From Lentisphaeria bacterium UBA4640 (GTDB taxonomy: Bacteria > Verrucomicrobiota > Lentisphaeria > Victivallales > UBA1829), in NCBI GenBank assembly GCA_002405835.1, contig DHMO01000002.1, positions 9,531-73,530 of the forward strand: DNA of 64,000 nucleotides. The letters run 5' to 3'. Position numbers and translations under genes: made by a program. Shown here in pieces: positions 45,909 through 56,043 of the stretch (position 1 is the first letter of the stretch; each line of letters begins with the position of its first letter). The notes beneath the pieces were generated by a model that saw nothing but the letters and a program-made list of their open reading frames with translations, did no database searches and had not been told where the DNA came from.

Positions 45909-46015
45909 CTTTACAATCCTCTCCTTCTTGTTTAGTCTTCAGGCATTCTGAAAAGATGTTCTGTTTACGAATATAGCTTCTATTCAAGACATTTCAACAG
46001 CAAAATTGCAGAATT

Positions 46016-47026
46016 CTAAAAAAAATACGATTTTTTTTTGCCGGAAAGCATGAAAAGACGTGCTTTTTCGCCGTTTTTCTCGAAAATCAGAGGGACGGCG
46101 TCGAGTTTTTCCCCGCGGAGCTGACGGCGGAACGATTCGAGCCACTCCGTCTGCGCCGCCGCCATGTCCAGTTCGCGGATGCTCAGTTCCGCTTCGTCCG
46201 GAAGCGGAACGGCTTCGTACCAGAGGGAATGGCGGATTTCCCGGTTTCCTTCCGTGTGGCTGAACTTGGAGCTGCCGGAAAGAATCTGCCTGCTGCGGCG
46301 CTTTTCCCAGTCGCGGTCAAGACGTGCATTGTTGAGCCGCACCGTTTCGCGGAAGAACGGCTCGGCAGGCTGGGAGAGAATGCGGCGCCGCTCAAGACGC
46401 TGAATCAGCTCGTCATCCGGGACATCCATCCGGAGCGGAAGAAGCCAGCTGAGGATGTCGCGCAGATCCTGTTCATCCAGATTGTTTTTCCGCCGGATTC
46501 CATACGCGTCAATGAGTGCATATTCGTTTGTTTCCGGGTTGAGCAGAACATTCCCCGCGTGGAAATCGGGATGCGTCAGCGAGTTTTCGCAGAAACGGAA
46601 CGTGAGGTCAAAGAAAGCGTCGAGCCAGAGCTGTTTCTTTCCGCTGTCGAAACGCGCATCGGTGTACCAGTATTTGAGCGCGGAAATCCAGCCGTCGAGC
46701 GCGCGGGAGACGACCGCCGAGCTTGCGCCGCACCGTCCCCACGCGAGATATTCGGCGCAGGGAATGCCGCATTCCACCAGGAGTCTGCCGGATTTATATT
46801 CCGATTGCGCTTTGGAGAAGAACCGGTTGCGGAGCCGGTTCAGCAGTCCCGGTTTGCGTTCGATTTTGACGAAATATCCGCCGTTTTTTCCGTTTGCGCG
46901 GCAGACGGAGCGGACGGCATTGTGTTTGACGGGGTGTGCGAGCAGTTCTCCGATGGAATCCGCCCACGGTTCGAGGACCGCGGGGTTCTCGGTAAACCAG
47001 GTCCAGTCGCCGCGCCACACGTTCAT
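46016..47026 (-). CDS. Lipopolysaccharide kinase (Kdo/WaaP/InaA) family protein
   Basis: THPDFHAGNVLLNPETNEYALIDAYG is the kinase catalytic-loop pattern. The ATG at 47026 overlaps the upstream stop (ATGA). Confidence 0.7.
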   Translation of the reverse strand: MNVWRGDWTWFTENPAVLEPWADSIGELLAHPVKHNAVRSVCRANGKNGGYFVKIERKPGLLNRLRNRFFSKAQSEYKSGRLLVECGIPCAEYLAWGRCGASSAVVSRALDGWISALKYWYTDARFDSGKKQLWLDAFFDLTFRFCENSLTHPDFHAGNVLLNPETNEYALIDAYGIRRKNNLDEQDLRDILSWLLPLRMDVPDDELIQRLERRRILSQPAEPFFRETVRLNNARLDRDWEKRRSRQILSGSSKFSHTEGNREIRHSLWYEAVPLPDEAELSIRELDMAAAQTEWLESFRRQLRGEKLDAVPLIFEKNGEKARLFMLSGKKKSYFF

Positions 47027-47700
47027 TTTCCCGCCTGCAGTTTTTTGCCGGGGAGAATTACTCCGCCGCTGACGATCAGGGTCATTGCTTCGGAAACGCT
47101 CATTTTCAGAATTTTGCATTCATGCTTCGGAACGAAAATCAGAAAACCGCTGGTCGGGTTCGGCGTGGTCGGCATGAAGATGCTGTAGACTTCCTCCTGC
47201 AGATCTTCGTTGACTTCGAACTTCTCTTCGTTGAAGTTGGTGATGAAGCCGATTGCGTAGGAGCCCTTTTTCGGGTATTCAAACAGCGCAACCTGCTTGA
47301 AGAGTCCGCCCTGTGAAGACTTCACGGTTTCCCCGATCTGTTCGCAGGTGGAGTAGACGATCCGCAGGAGCGGCAGTTTCAGGAGCAGTGCCTGCATCCA
47401 GCCGATGAACTTGCGTCCGAGCGTGATTTTCGCAATCTGTCCGATGACAACCAGAAGGATGAGAATCAGGAGAATCGTGGAGATCCGGATGACGATCGGC
47501 CAGGCGGGGAAGTTCGGAAAATGGGATCGGTCGTAGAGTGTCACCGCCCAGTCGGTCAGCGCGGAGATTCCCCAGTATGCGACCCAGACGGTGATGAAAA
47601 TCGGAATGACGATGAAGAGTCCTCCGATCAGGGAGTTGCGGATGCGGGCGGCAATGCCTGGGTGTACGGTTTCAGCGGGAAGTTCAGTCATTTTCATCAT
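47023..47700 (-). CDS. DUF502-family membrane protein
   Basis: Two N-terminal TM helices, then FMPTTPNPTSGFLIFVP...SVSEAMTLIVSGG. Confidence 0.75.
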   Translation of the reverse strand: MMKMTELPAETVHPGIAARIRNSLIGGLFIVIPIFITVWVAYWGISALTDWAVTLYDRSHFPNFPAWPIVIRISTILLILILLVVIGQIAKITLGRKFIGWMQALLLKLPLLRIVYSTCEQIGETVKSSQGGLFKQVALFEYPKKGSYAIGFITNFNEEKFEVNEDLQEEVYSIFMPTTPNPTSGFLIFVPKHECKILKMSVSEAMTLIVSGGVILPGKKLQAGK

Positions 47701-48964
47701 CAGGCACCGAGAGTTTGAGTTTTTGAATTTTGCGTTTGTCCGCTTTTACGATTTCCGCGCGGAAGAGTCCGGGCGCGGTGAATGTTTCGCCGGTTTCGGG
47801 AATGCGTCCGAGTTCGGCGCAGATGTAGCCGCCGATGGTGTCCGCATGTTCCGAATCGGGAATGTCGATATCGAGAATTTCATTGACGTCGGAGACGGAT
47901 GTCCGCGCTTCGAGCAGGACGGAGCCGTCGGGCAGGAGCTGCGGTTTTTCAATGGTATCCTCATCGCTGTCATACTCGTCGCGGACGTCGCCCACGATCT
48001 CTTCAATGATGTCTTCAAAGGTGACGATGCCGCTGGTTCCGCCGTACTCGTCGATGATGACGGCGAAGTGGTTGCGGGTGCGCTTGATCTCCTCCAGCAG
48101 CTCATCGACGGCTTTGGTTTCGGGAATGAAAATGGGGGTGTGGATCATGCCGGCGAGACTCTTTTTCTCGGGCGGAATGGCGAGGAAGTCTTTGGCGTAG
48201 ATGATGCCGCGGATTTCATCGATGGTGCGTCCGTAGACGGGAATGCGGCTGTGTCCGGAGGCGACGAAGGTCTGAATCGCCTCTTCGATGCTGGAGGAGA
48301 GCGGAATGGCGGTCATGTCGACGCGCGGGGTCATGATCTCTTTGACGGACATGTCCTGGAGATCGAAGATGCCGCGGATCATGCGTTTTTCGCCCTCTTC
48401 GAGGTCGCCGTCGGGCTCGTCTTCCATCATGTCGAGGATTTCATCCTCCAGGCTCGCCTTGTCTTCCGGTTCCGGGGCGTCCTCCATCATTTTTTCCATT
48501 TTGCGGTTCAGCAGACCGAACAGCGGGGCGAGGGGGGCAAGAATGATGCGGGCGAAAACGAGCATCACGGGGACGGTCATTTTGATGATGAACAGGTCGG
48601 CGCGCGGCAGAAGCAGTTTTGCCAGCAGGTCGCTGACCGAACAGAGCAGAATGATCGAGACTGCAAGAACGAGCATCTCCACGTATGGAACTTTGAGTCC
48701 CAGGAGACCGTCGAGCGAGGCGGATGCGAAGTAGACCGAAACGGAGAAGACTGCGGCGATGACGAACAGCAGCAGTTTGAACAGCATGCGGATCTGGTCG
48801 TCGCGTTCAAGCCATGAATCCAGTTTTTCCGCAAGTTCGGGGTTCTTCTCTTCAATCTTGCGGACGCGTCCGCCGGAGAGATCTTCAAATGCGTCAAAGA
48901 CGCAGGAGAGCAGCATGTAAAGCACGCAGCTCGACGGAATCAGAATCTTGAGAGTCTCATTCAT
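47684..48964 (-). CDS. CNNM/CorC-family transporter-associated protein (DUF21 TM domain, CBS pair, CorC_HlyC)
   Basis: IFDLQDMSVKEIMTPRVDM...HSRIPVY...NHFAVIIDEYGGTSGIVTFEDIIEEIVG. Confidence 0.9.
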   Translation of the reverse strand: MNETLKILIPSSCVLYMLLSCVFDAFEDLSGGRVRKIEEKNPELAEKLDSWLERDDQIRMLFKLLLFVIAAVFSVSVYFASASLDGLLGLKVPYVEMLVLAVSIILLCSVSDLLAKLLLPRADLFIIKMTVPVMLVFARIILAPLAPLFGLLNRKMEKMMEDAPEPEDKASLEDEILDMMEDEPDGDLEEGEKRMIRGIFDLQDMSVKEIMTPRVDMTAIPLSSSIEEAIQTFVASGHSRIPVYGRTIDEIRGIIYAKDFLAIPPEKKSLAGMIHTPIFIPETKAVDELLEEIKRTRNHFAVIIDEYGGTSGIVTFEDIIEEIVGDVRDEYDSDEDTIEKPQLLPDGSVLLEARTSVSDVNEILDIDIPDSEHADTIGGYICAELGRIPETGETFTAPGLFRAEIVKADKRKIQKLKLSVPDDEND

Positions 48965-48975
48965 GGGGTCTGGTC

Positions 48976-49440
48976 TCAGAGACCGAAAATCCTTTCAAAG
49001 TTAAAATCTTTTTCAAGCGCGGCGAGAACCTGTTTTTCGCGCCGGCGCATTCGGCGTTTCTTTTCGGGAACGAGGTCGTCCTCTCCGGCCGCGTGGAGCA
49101 GGCCGTGGGACATATAGAGCGTGACTTCACGCGAGTAGGGCAGCCCGCGTTTTTCCGCTTCGCGGCGGGCGACATCGGGACAGACGTAGACTTCCACGTC
49201 CGCTTCGAATTCGTCGTCCTCCGTTTTCGGAAAGTCGCATCCGGGCGTGCGCAGGTCGAAGGAAATGACGTCGGTCGGCCCTTTGTGCTGCAGAGCGTCC
49301 CAGTTGAGTTCCTCCATCTTGGCATCGGGCATGAAGACCACGGCGACGTCGAGGCTGTCAGGCAGACCCGCCGCGAGCGCCGCTGCTTTTGCCAGTCGTT
49401 CAAGAGTCTTTTTGTTCGGCCGCTTTTCTTGCTGCCGCAT
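48976..49440 (-). CDS. ybeY: rRNA maturation endoribonuclease YbeY
   Basis: VTLYMSHGLLHAAGEDD is an H..LH..G.D zinc motif. The start is uncertain (49440, 49461 or 49497). All choices overlap the upstream gene's end. Confidence 0.8.
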   Translation of the reverse strand: MRQQEKRPNKKTLERLAKAAALAAGLPDSLDVAVVFMPDAKMEELNWDALQHKGPTDVISFDLRTPGCDFPKTEDDEFEADVEVYVCPDVARREAEKRGLPYSREVTLYMSHGLLHAAGEDDLVPEKKRRMRRREKQVLAALEKDFNFERIFGL

Positions 49441-51769
49441 CCACGAACAGATCGTTCTCATCCGGCGTTGCCTCCTTGGGATAAGCCACCCGCGCATGAA
49501 GCATGGCGGTGAGCGTGTTTACAAAACTTTCTTTTATTGTGGTGAGTTCCTTGAATGTCAGGTTCGCAGCGTCGAGCTGATGACCGAGCATTCGCGAGAA
49601 GATGATTTCGTTGACCAGTTCTTCAATTTTGTTGTGTGTGGGTTTCTGAAGTGAGCGCGAGGCGGCTTCGCAGGCGTCCGCAAGCGAGAGAATCGCGATC
49701 TCTTTCGTCTGCGGAGTCGGTCCTTCATAGCGGTAGTCGTGCTCGTCGACGTTTTCTCCGGAGTCCTGAGCCTGCTTGTAGAAGAAGCGGACAAGGTCGG
49801 TTCCGTGGTGCTGCTGAATGGCGTCGCGCATGAGTTTTTTCAGTTTGTATTTGCGAGCGAGTTCAAGCCCTTCTTTCACATGATTGCGGATGATGAGCGC
49901 GCTGATTTTCGGCATGAGTTCGCGGTGTTTGTTTTCGCCGTTGTCGTTCTCGGAGAAATATTCGGGCTGGGCGAGCTTGCCGACGTCGTGGAAGAGCGCG
50001 CAGACGCGTGCCTTGATCGGATTCGCGCCGATCTCTTTCGCAGCCGCTTCGGCGAGCATGGAGACGACGAGACTGTGATGATAGGTTCCCGGCGCTTCAA
50101 ACTGAAGACGCTTCAGAAGCGGATGATTGTAGTCGCTGTAGAGCAGGAGGGACATGTTGGTCGGGGTGTCGCAGCAGACTTCGAGGATGTAGAGTGTGAC
50201 CTGCGTCACACCCGCCGTGAGCAGTCCGGTGGTGAAGGGAAGCAGGATGCTCCACGGGAAAAATTCGCGTCCCGGAACCGGAATGTCGCGCCAGATGAAG
50301 AGCAGACCGATTGCCAGCGAGGTCAGTGAGACGGAGAGGAACCCGTAGATGAAGTAGTTGCGGTAATTGACGCAGCGGCGGACCGCATACGAGGCAATGG
50401 CGCTGATCATGAGTCCCATGAGCACGATGTGGAAGGAGCCGTAGACCGAAAACGCCGCAATGACGGAGACGAAGAGTCCGGCGAACAGCGCGGTTCTCAT
50501 TCCGTAGATGCAGGAGAGGATCATCGGTGCGAATCCGAGCGGGAGAGCGATGCAGATCAGCCACGGGGGAATGGATTCGATTTCTCCGAACACCAGGAAC
50601 ATCCGGTAAGTGAGGACGTTCAGGAGAATTGAGAGGACCACGACGAATCCGATCATCCGCACGCGCTCCGCACTCTGCAGAATGTCCGGATTGATATGGT
50701 GCAGATAGATTCCGCAGAAGAGCAGAATGAAAAGTGTGGTCAGCAGGGATTTGCCCGCATGGTCGATCAGTTTCCCCGCATCCTGCCGGATATTGTCCCG
50801 CTGAATCCGCGAGATTTCCCGGTATTCCGCCAGAATTTTCTTGTTTTCCTCAGTCAGCTGTTCACCGGTTTTGACGATGATGTAGCCGCGGAAAATTTTC
50901 CGGATGACGGGCTTGACTCCCGCCATGGCTTTCTCTTTTTCCTTTTCGGTGAATGATTTGTCTTCGTGGATTTCAACCTGTTCGAGCAGCGGTTTCAGAA
51001 GGTCGGAAAGAGCGCTCAGCGTTTCTGCCTTGTCCGCGGAATTGAAGGTTTCCAGCGCGTTCCCGCTGATGACGGAAGCCGCTTCGGCTGCGGTCGGGAT
51101 GTCCTTCCGAAGGAGCTGGTCGTGAATCCGTCCGTAGCCGTCGATGATGCGCAGGTATTTCGGCGCCTGGTCGCTGTTGCGTTCGGCGGCCGGGATGATT
51201 CCGTTGCTTGCCGCGATGTTCAGCTGTTTCTGAAGAGCGAGCGTGAGCTGTGGTGTGGTGGCGATGAGATAGAGCCGTTTGAGTTCGGTTTCAGGAAGCG
51301 CGGCGATGCGCTTGCCCTCGGACGTGTCGGAAGCGATGTGCGGCTGTTTTGTTTTGAGCGCGGTTCCGCGGGACCGGATCTCCTGCAGGAGCTTGTCGAG
51401 TTCTCCGGAAATCTGCTGTATCTTGCTGTTGTCCAGACGGCAGTAGAGCGGAACTTTTGCTGCGGCGGAGTCGCGAAGCTGTTTCGTTTTGTCGCTGTCT
51501 TCGTAATCGAAATCGTTCTGAACATAGATGGTTGAGAATGCCGGCTGATCTCCCTTGAGATCTGGAGGCAGGGGCCGATAGAGCTGGTGCATCATGGAGA
51601 AGACGCTTGCGGCAAGGACGAGGAGCGCCATGACGGTCCATGCCGCGGGGCGGCTGTTCATGAGGTGCCTGTAGAGAGATTCCCTGCGGTTGACTTTGCG
51701 CGAGGTATTGAGCATTCCGCGCTGAGCCATCTTGCGTTTGGCCAGAATATTCCGTATAAAGGAAAACAT
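49400..51769 (-). CDS. 7TM receptor with intracellular HD-domain phosphohydrolase (PgpH/YqfF-like)
   Basis: The internal ATG at 51769 lies directly after the phoH stop. A multi-TM core is followed by GTYHHSLVVSMLAE...ALFHDVGK (HD domain). Confidence 0.85.
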   Translation of the reverse strand: MFSFIRNILAKRKMAQRGMLNTSRKVNRRESLYRHLMNSRPAAWTVMALLVLAASVFSMMHQLYRPLPPDLKGDQPAFSTIYVQNDFDYEDSDKTKQLRDSAAAKVPLYCRLDNSKIQQISGELDKLLQEIRSRGTALKTKQPHIASDTSEGKRIAALPETELKRLYLIATTPQLTLALQKQLNIAASNGIIPAAERNSDQAPKYLRIIDGYGRIHDQLLRKDIPTAAEAASVISGNALETFNSADKAETLSALSDLLKPLLEQVEIHEDKSFTEKEKEKAMAGVKPVIRKIFRGYIIVKTGEQLTEENKKILAEYREISRIQRDNIRQDAGKLIDHAGKSLLTTLFILLFCGIYLHHINPDILQSAERVRMIGFVVVLSILLNVLTYRMFLVFGEIESIPPWLICIALPLGFAPMILSCIYGMRTALFAGLFVSVIAAFSVYGSFHIVLMGLMISAIASYAVRRCVNYRNYFIYGFLSVSLTSLAIGLLFIWRDIPVPGREFFPWSILLPFTTGLLTAGVTQVTLYILEVCCDTPTNMSLLLYSDYNHPLLKRLQFEAPGTYHHSLVVSMLAEAAAKEIGANPIKARVCALFHDVGKLAQPEYFSENDNGENKHRELMPKISALIIRNHVKEGLELARKYKLKKLMRDAIQQHHGTDLVRFFYKQAQDSGENVDEHDYRYEGPTPQTKEIAILSLADACEAASRSLQKPTHNKIEELVNEIIFSRMLGHQLDAANLTFKELTTIKESFVNTLTAMLHARVAYPKEATPDENDLFVDAAARKAAEQKDS

Positions 51770-51770
51770 G

Positions 51771-52796
51771 TTATTCCTCCCGGGTTGTTTCCGGTGCGCG
51801 GGAATCCTGTTCGTATGCGCTGACGATCCGTTCGACGAGGGAATGACGCATGACGTCTCCGCGGTCGAAGCGGCAGATGCTGATTCCGTCGATTTTCGAG
51901 AGAAGGCGGATCGCTTTGCCGAGTCCGCTTGCTTTCCGCGACGGCAGGTCTGTCTGTGACGGGTCGCCCGCCACCACGCACTGGGAGTTGAAGCCGAGAC
52001 GCGTGAGGAACATGAGCATCTGGTCGTCGGTCGTGTTCTGCGCCTCGTCAAGGATGATGAAAGAGTTGTTGAGTGTGCGTCCGCGCATGAATGCCAGCGG
52101 GGCGAGTTCGATCATGCCGCGCTCGGTGAGTGTCGCGAGCTCCTGAGGCTCGATCATGTCGCGGAGCGCGTCGTGCAGCGGACGCAGATACGGGTTGATT
52201 TTGTCTTCGAGTTTGCCGGGGAGAAAGCCGAGGTTTTCGCCTGCTTCAACCGCCGGACGCGCCAGAATGATGCGGTCGCGTTTGCCCGTCATGAGGGCGT
52301 TGACCGCCATTGCAACCGCCAGATAGGTCTTGCCGGTTCCGGCGGGACCGAGCGCGAACACGATATCGCTTTTGTTCATTGCTTCGACGTATGCGAGCTG
52401 GTTTCGTGTGCGCGGGACGATTTCCTGGCGTCTGCGGGAAATTTTGATTTTGGAAGCGAAGAAGTTCGAGAGTTCCGCCGGGCTTCCCGAGGAGTAGGAT
52501 TTGAGCGCAAGGTCGAAATCCATCTGGCGGAGCGGTGCGCGGGTGTCCGCATGAAGCCGGAAGAGATGTTCGAGGAACGCTTTGGCGCGCTTGCCTGCCT
52601 CCGGATCGTCCGATTCCACCTTGATCCATGTATCCCGGGTGATGACGGTGACGCCGAAGGTCTCTTCGGTGTGCTTTACATTTGCGGAGATGTTTCCCGC
52701 AAAGACAGCATTGATCTCCGCTCCGGTTCCCTCGATGTAAGGAGAGGCTGCGGAGCGGGACGACAAAGGATCAAGAGCTTCTTCGCCGCTGTTCAT
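51771..52796 (-). CDS. phoH: PhoH-family ATPase
   Basis: FALGPAGTGKTYLAVAMAV (Walker A) and FIILDEAQN (Walker B). Confidence 0.9.
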   Translation of the reverse strand: MNSGEEALDPLSSRSAASPYIEGTGAEINAVFAGNISANVKHTEETFGVTVITRDTWIKVESDDPEAGKRAKAFLEHLFRLHADTRAPLRQMDFDLALKSYSSGSPAELSNFFASKIKISRRRQEIVPRTRNQLAYVEAMNKSDIVFALGPAGTGKTYLAVAMAVNALMTGKRDRIILARPAVEAGENLGFLPGKLEDKINPYLRPLHDALRDMIEPQELATLTERGMIELAPLAFMRGRTLNNSFIILDEAQNTTDDQMLMFLTRLGFNSQCVVAGDPSQTDLPSRKASGLGKAIRLLSKIDGISICRFDRGDVMRHSLVERIVSAYEQDSRAPETTREE

Positions 52797-52804
52797 GGAG
52801 CGTT

Positions 52805-53485
52805 TCAGTTCCCTTCCGGAGCGGCGGTTTTTTCCGGAGCCGCCGCAGGCTTTTCGGCCGCCGTTTTTTGCGCGGCGGGTTCCGCAACGGTCTTTTGCAC
52901 TTTTGCGCGGATCAGCGGGACTGTGAGTTTCATGCCCGGTTTGAGCATGTTCGGATTGTCATTGAGCTGTTTCCGGTTGGCATCGAAGATGAAGCCCCAG
53001 AATTTGCCGTGTTTGTACTCTGCCGCCGCAATGGAGGAGAGAGTTTCGCCTTTTTTGACGATATGCTCGCGGGTCTCCCCGGTGAGTTCGAAATCACGCG
53101 GGAAGAATACCGGAGTGGATTTTTTTGCTTCGGGAGCCGGCTTTTCCGTCGGAGCGGGCTTTGCGGCCTGCCCGGCCTGCGCTGTTTGCGCGGGCGGAAC
53201 CGGAGGCTCCTCAATGGAGGCGGGTTTCTCCGCCTCAGTTTTGGTGTCGAGAGTGGAAACGATTCCCGCATCTTCCGTATCTGCTGCGTTCGCGGGAGCG
53301 GCGGGAGCCTCTTCCTGGACGACGATTACGAGCTTCGGATCGGGCGCAGCCTGCGGGAGGGTGTCGCCTTTCCAGCCGTATTCCTGCTTGAGACGGGTTT
53401 CGACGGTTTCCTCTTTTGCGGAGTTGCACGCAGTGAATGCTGCGGCGAGCGAAAGAGCCGTAAATGCGAGAATCAGTTTCTTCAT
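52805..53485 (-). CDS. LysM-domain lipoprotein with a Pro/Ala/Glu-rich linker
   Basis: MKKLILAFTALSLAAAFTAC is a lipobox. The C-terminus HIVKKGETLSSIAAAEYKHG...LKPGMKLTVP is a LysM domain. Confidence 0.8.
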   Translation of the reverse strand: MKKLILAFTALSLAAAFTACNSAKEETVETRLKQEYGWKGDTLPQAAPDPKLVIVVQEEAPAAPANAADTEDAGIVSTLDTKTEAEKPASIEEPPVPPAQTAQAGQAAKPAPTEKPAPEAKKSTPVFFPRDFELTGETREHIVKKGETLSSIAAAEYKHGKFWGFIFDANRKQLNDNPNMLKPGMKLTVPLIRAKVQKTVAEPAAQKTAAEKPAAAPEKTAAPEGN

Positions 53486-53493
53486 ATCGAACC

Positions 53494-54747
53494 TCAGACT
53501 TTCTTGACGATGATCACGCCGTTGTGTCCGCCGAATCCAAGATTGGTGTTGACGGCGACATTGACCGTGCGTTCGCGCGCCGTGTTCGGGGTGCAGTCGA
53601 GATCGCACTCCGGATCCGGTGTCGTGTAGTTGATGGTCGGGGGGATGATGCCCGTCTGCATCGCCTTGAGACAGACGATGGTTTCGAGTCCGCCCGCAGC
53701 GCCGAGGGAGTGTCCCATGCAGCCTTTTGTACTGCTCATCGCGAGTTTGTGTGCGGCTTCGCCGAATGCTGTCTTGATTGCGGCCGTTTCAAACTTGTCG
53801 TTGAGCGAGGTGCTGGTGCCGTGGGCGTTGATGTAGTCGACCTGATCCGGATTGAGTCCGGCGTTGTTGAGCGCCATGGTGAGAGCGCGTGCGCCGCCTT
53901 CTCCGCCGGGAGCGGGGGAGGTGATGTGATACGCGTCGCCCGTTGCGCCGTAGCCGACGATTTCGCCGTAGATTTTAGCACCGCGCGCTTTGGCGTGTTC
54001 GTATTCTTCGAGAATCAGGATTCCGGCGCCTTCCGCCATGACGAATCCGTCGCGGTCCTTGTCGAACGGACGGCTGGCGCGGGTCGGGTCGTCATTGCGC
54101 TGGCTGAGCGCCTTCATGGAGCAGAATCCGGCGAAACCGAGTCTGGAAACGGATGCTTCCGCGCCGCCGGTAATCATCATATCTGCATCGCCGCGCTTGA
54201 CCATCCAGTAGGATTCCCCGATGGAGTGGGTTGCGGTGGAGCAGGCGGAAACGACTGCGTGGTTCGGTCCCTTCGCGCCGTAGCGGATGGAGAGGGAGCC
54301 GGAAGCCATGTCGATAATCATCATGGGGATGAGGAACGGACTGACGCGGTTCGGACCCTGCTGGAGCAGCTTCATGCACTGTTCTTCCATTGTGCGGATT
54401 CCGCCGATTCCGCTTCCGACGCAAACACCGATGCGGCTGGGATCGACAACGGAACCGTCGCGGACGTCGATTCCGAGACCTGCGTCCTTCATGGCTTCAT
54501 CGCCGGCGGCGATGGCGTAAATGCAGAAATCATCGAGACGCCGCGCCTCTTTTTCCGTCATGTACTGGGTGACGTCGAGGTCTTTGACTTCGCCTGCAAT
54601 GCGTGTTTTGAAGTCAGCCGCGTCAAATTTTGTGATCGGACCGATGCCGCTTCTGCCGGCAACAAGCGATTCCCACATGGCGTCGACACTGTTTCCGACG
54701 CTGGAAATCGCACCAATCCCTGTTACAACAACTCGTCTGGAACTCAT
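53494..54747 (-). CDS. fabF: Beta-ketoacyl-ACP synthase II
   Basis: RRVVVTGIGAISSVG...ACSTATHSIG...INAHGTSTSLND...GHSLGAAG. Confidence 0.95.
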   Translation of the reverse strand: MSSRRVVVTGIGAISSVGNSVDAMWESLVAGRSGIGPITKFDAADFKTRIAGEVKDLDVTQYMTEKEARRLDDFCIYAIAAGDEAMKDAGLGIDVRDGSVVDPSRIGVCVGSGIGGIRTMEEQCMKLLQQGPNRVSPFLIPMMIIDMASGSLSIRYGAKGPNHAVVSACSTATHSIGESYWMVKRGDADMMITGGAEASVSRLGFAGFCSMKALSQRNDDPTRASRPFDKDRDGFVMAEGAGILILEEYEHAKARGAKIYGEIVGYGATGDAYHITSPAPGGEGGARALTMALNNAGLNPDQVDYINAHGTSTSLNDKFETAAIKTAFGEAAHKLAMSSTKGCMGHSLGAAGGLETIVCLKAMQTGIIPPTINYTTPDPECDLDCTPNTARERTVNVAVNTNLGFGGHNGVIIVKKV

Positions 54748-54830
54748 TCAGTCCTCCTTTAACAAAAAAAATGGGTCACAACCCTTTTCGAGTTGGATGA
54801 CCCATCGTATACACTAAAGACTGATCAGCC

Positions 54831-55067
54831 TTAGTTCTGCTTGCTTTCAACGTACTTGATGGCATCGCCAACCGTTGTCAGCTTCTCGGCATCCTCATCC
54901 GGAATCTCAGCGCCGAAGGCTTCTTCGAGAGCCATGACCAGTTCGACCTGATCCAGAGAATCAGCACCGAGGTCTTCGATGAATTTTGCGTCAGCGGTGA
55001 CCTGGTCTTCGTTCACTCCGAGCTGCTCGACCACGATCTTTTTGACTTTATCTGCAATTTCCGACAT
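54831..55067 (-). CDS. acpP: Acyl carrier protein
   Basis: Internal ATG: [18 protein letters not shown]...[17 protein letters not shown], containing the DSL phosphopantetheine site. Confidence 0.95.
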   Translation of the reverse strand: MSEIADKVKKIVVEQLGVNEDQVTADAKFIEDLGADSLDQVELVMALEEAFGAEIPDEDAEKLTTVGDAIKYVESKQN

Positions 55068-55240
55068 TTTAAGCCCTTTCTGATAAAAGTTCTGTTTCAA
55101 ATTGCTGTTTCTAACTAAATTGCCGTCTTATTCTGCTTAATCTACACCGTATCAGGGAAAAGTCAAGCCGTTTTTAAAACTTTTTCTTGACCTTTCTCCT
55201 TTTTGAACTGGAAAAGCTGTTGAATATCAGCAGCTTCCCT

Positions 55241-55840
55241 TCAGATTTCCCTGCCGAGAATCAGCGCCAGCGCGGTGTTCGCCTCCTGTGCCGCCGCAAT
55301 TCCCACACGCGCCGACTGCGGCGTCAGCTCTCCGCCGATTCCAGACGTCAGATCGCCGGCAAGGTAAAGGTTCGCGCCGACTTTTCGCACCTGCATGCTG
55401 TTGGAGCGTCCCCAGCCGGCAAGCCCGCTCGCCGCAACAACCGGACGTCCCAGCGGAAGCAGCTCGCGCACAAACAGCGTCTTTGAATCCGCCGCATCAA
55501 ACGCTTCCAGGAACAAATCGCAGCCGTCGAAGATTTCGTGGATGTTCTCCGCCGTTACGCGGGTGTTGTGCAGTTCAAGTTTCACATCCGGGTTGATGCG
55601 CCGCAGATTCTCAGCCAGGGCGTCCACTTTCTGCATCCCGAGCTGGTCGCGGAAGAAAAACTGGCGGTTCAGGTTGCTTTCGCAGACAGTGTCGAAATCC
55701 GCGATGACGAACTGTTCAACGCCGGCGCGGACCAGGTGCGCGGCCGCATTCGAGCCGAGACCGCCCGCTCCGCCGATGCCGACCCGGACGCCGCGGAGCT
55801 TCTCGATTTCCTCCGGTTTCAGGTAAGTGTTGACGTTCAT
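55241..55840 (-). CDS. thiF: ThiF-family E1-like adenylyltransferase, short form (~199 aa)
   Basis: VGIGGAGGLGSNAAAHLVRAGVEQFVIADFDTVCESNLNRQ. The ATG overlaps the thiS stop (TGATG). Confidence 0.8.
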   Translation of the reverse strand: MNVNTYLKPEEIEKLRGVRVGIGGAGGLGSNAAAHLVRAGVEQFVIADFDTVCESNLNRQFFFRDQLGMQKVDALAENLRRINPDVKLELHNTRVTAENIHEIFDGCDLFLEAFDAADSKTLFVRELLPLGRPVVAASGLAGWGRSNSMQVRKVGANLYLAGDLTSGIGGELTPQSARVGIAAAQEANTALALILGREI

Positions 55841-56043
55841 CAGCCGCCTCCCACCATGGAGAATGCGTTCAGTGCGTCGCCGCTGTTCAGGACGGTTTTT
55901 GTCCACTCCTGCGGATTCGTGAGAATTTCTCCGTTCAGTTCCAGAATCAGATGCGGGGACCGGATGTTTTTCTTTTCCAGAAACGCCGCAATGGTGGTTG
56001 CTTCCGCAACTTCTTCGTGTTTTCCGTTGAATTTAATGGTCAT
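55840..56043 (-). CDS. thiS: ThiS-like ubiquitin-fold sulfur carrier protein (67 aa, C-terminal GG)
   Basis: MTIKFNGKHEEV...ELNGEIL...GDALNAFSMVGGG. Confidence 0.85.
   Translation of the reverse strand: MTIKFNGKHEEVAEATTIAAFLEKKNIRSPHLILELNGEILTNPQEWTKTVLNSGDALNAFSMVGGG

Noticed and set aside
44457-45935. Long plus-strand ORFs: 44457-45935 (492 aa), 46229-47188, 47591-48817 (408 aa), 53464-54762 (432 aa), 58639-59676, 60483-61649 and 60994-61884
   Set aside because: Each is antisense to a well-supported minus-strand gene (YgjP and the membrane protein, LPS kinase, CorC, FabF, LptF/G, RpoD). Their translations are repetitive or low-complexity.
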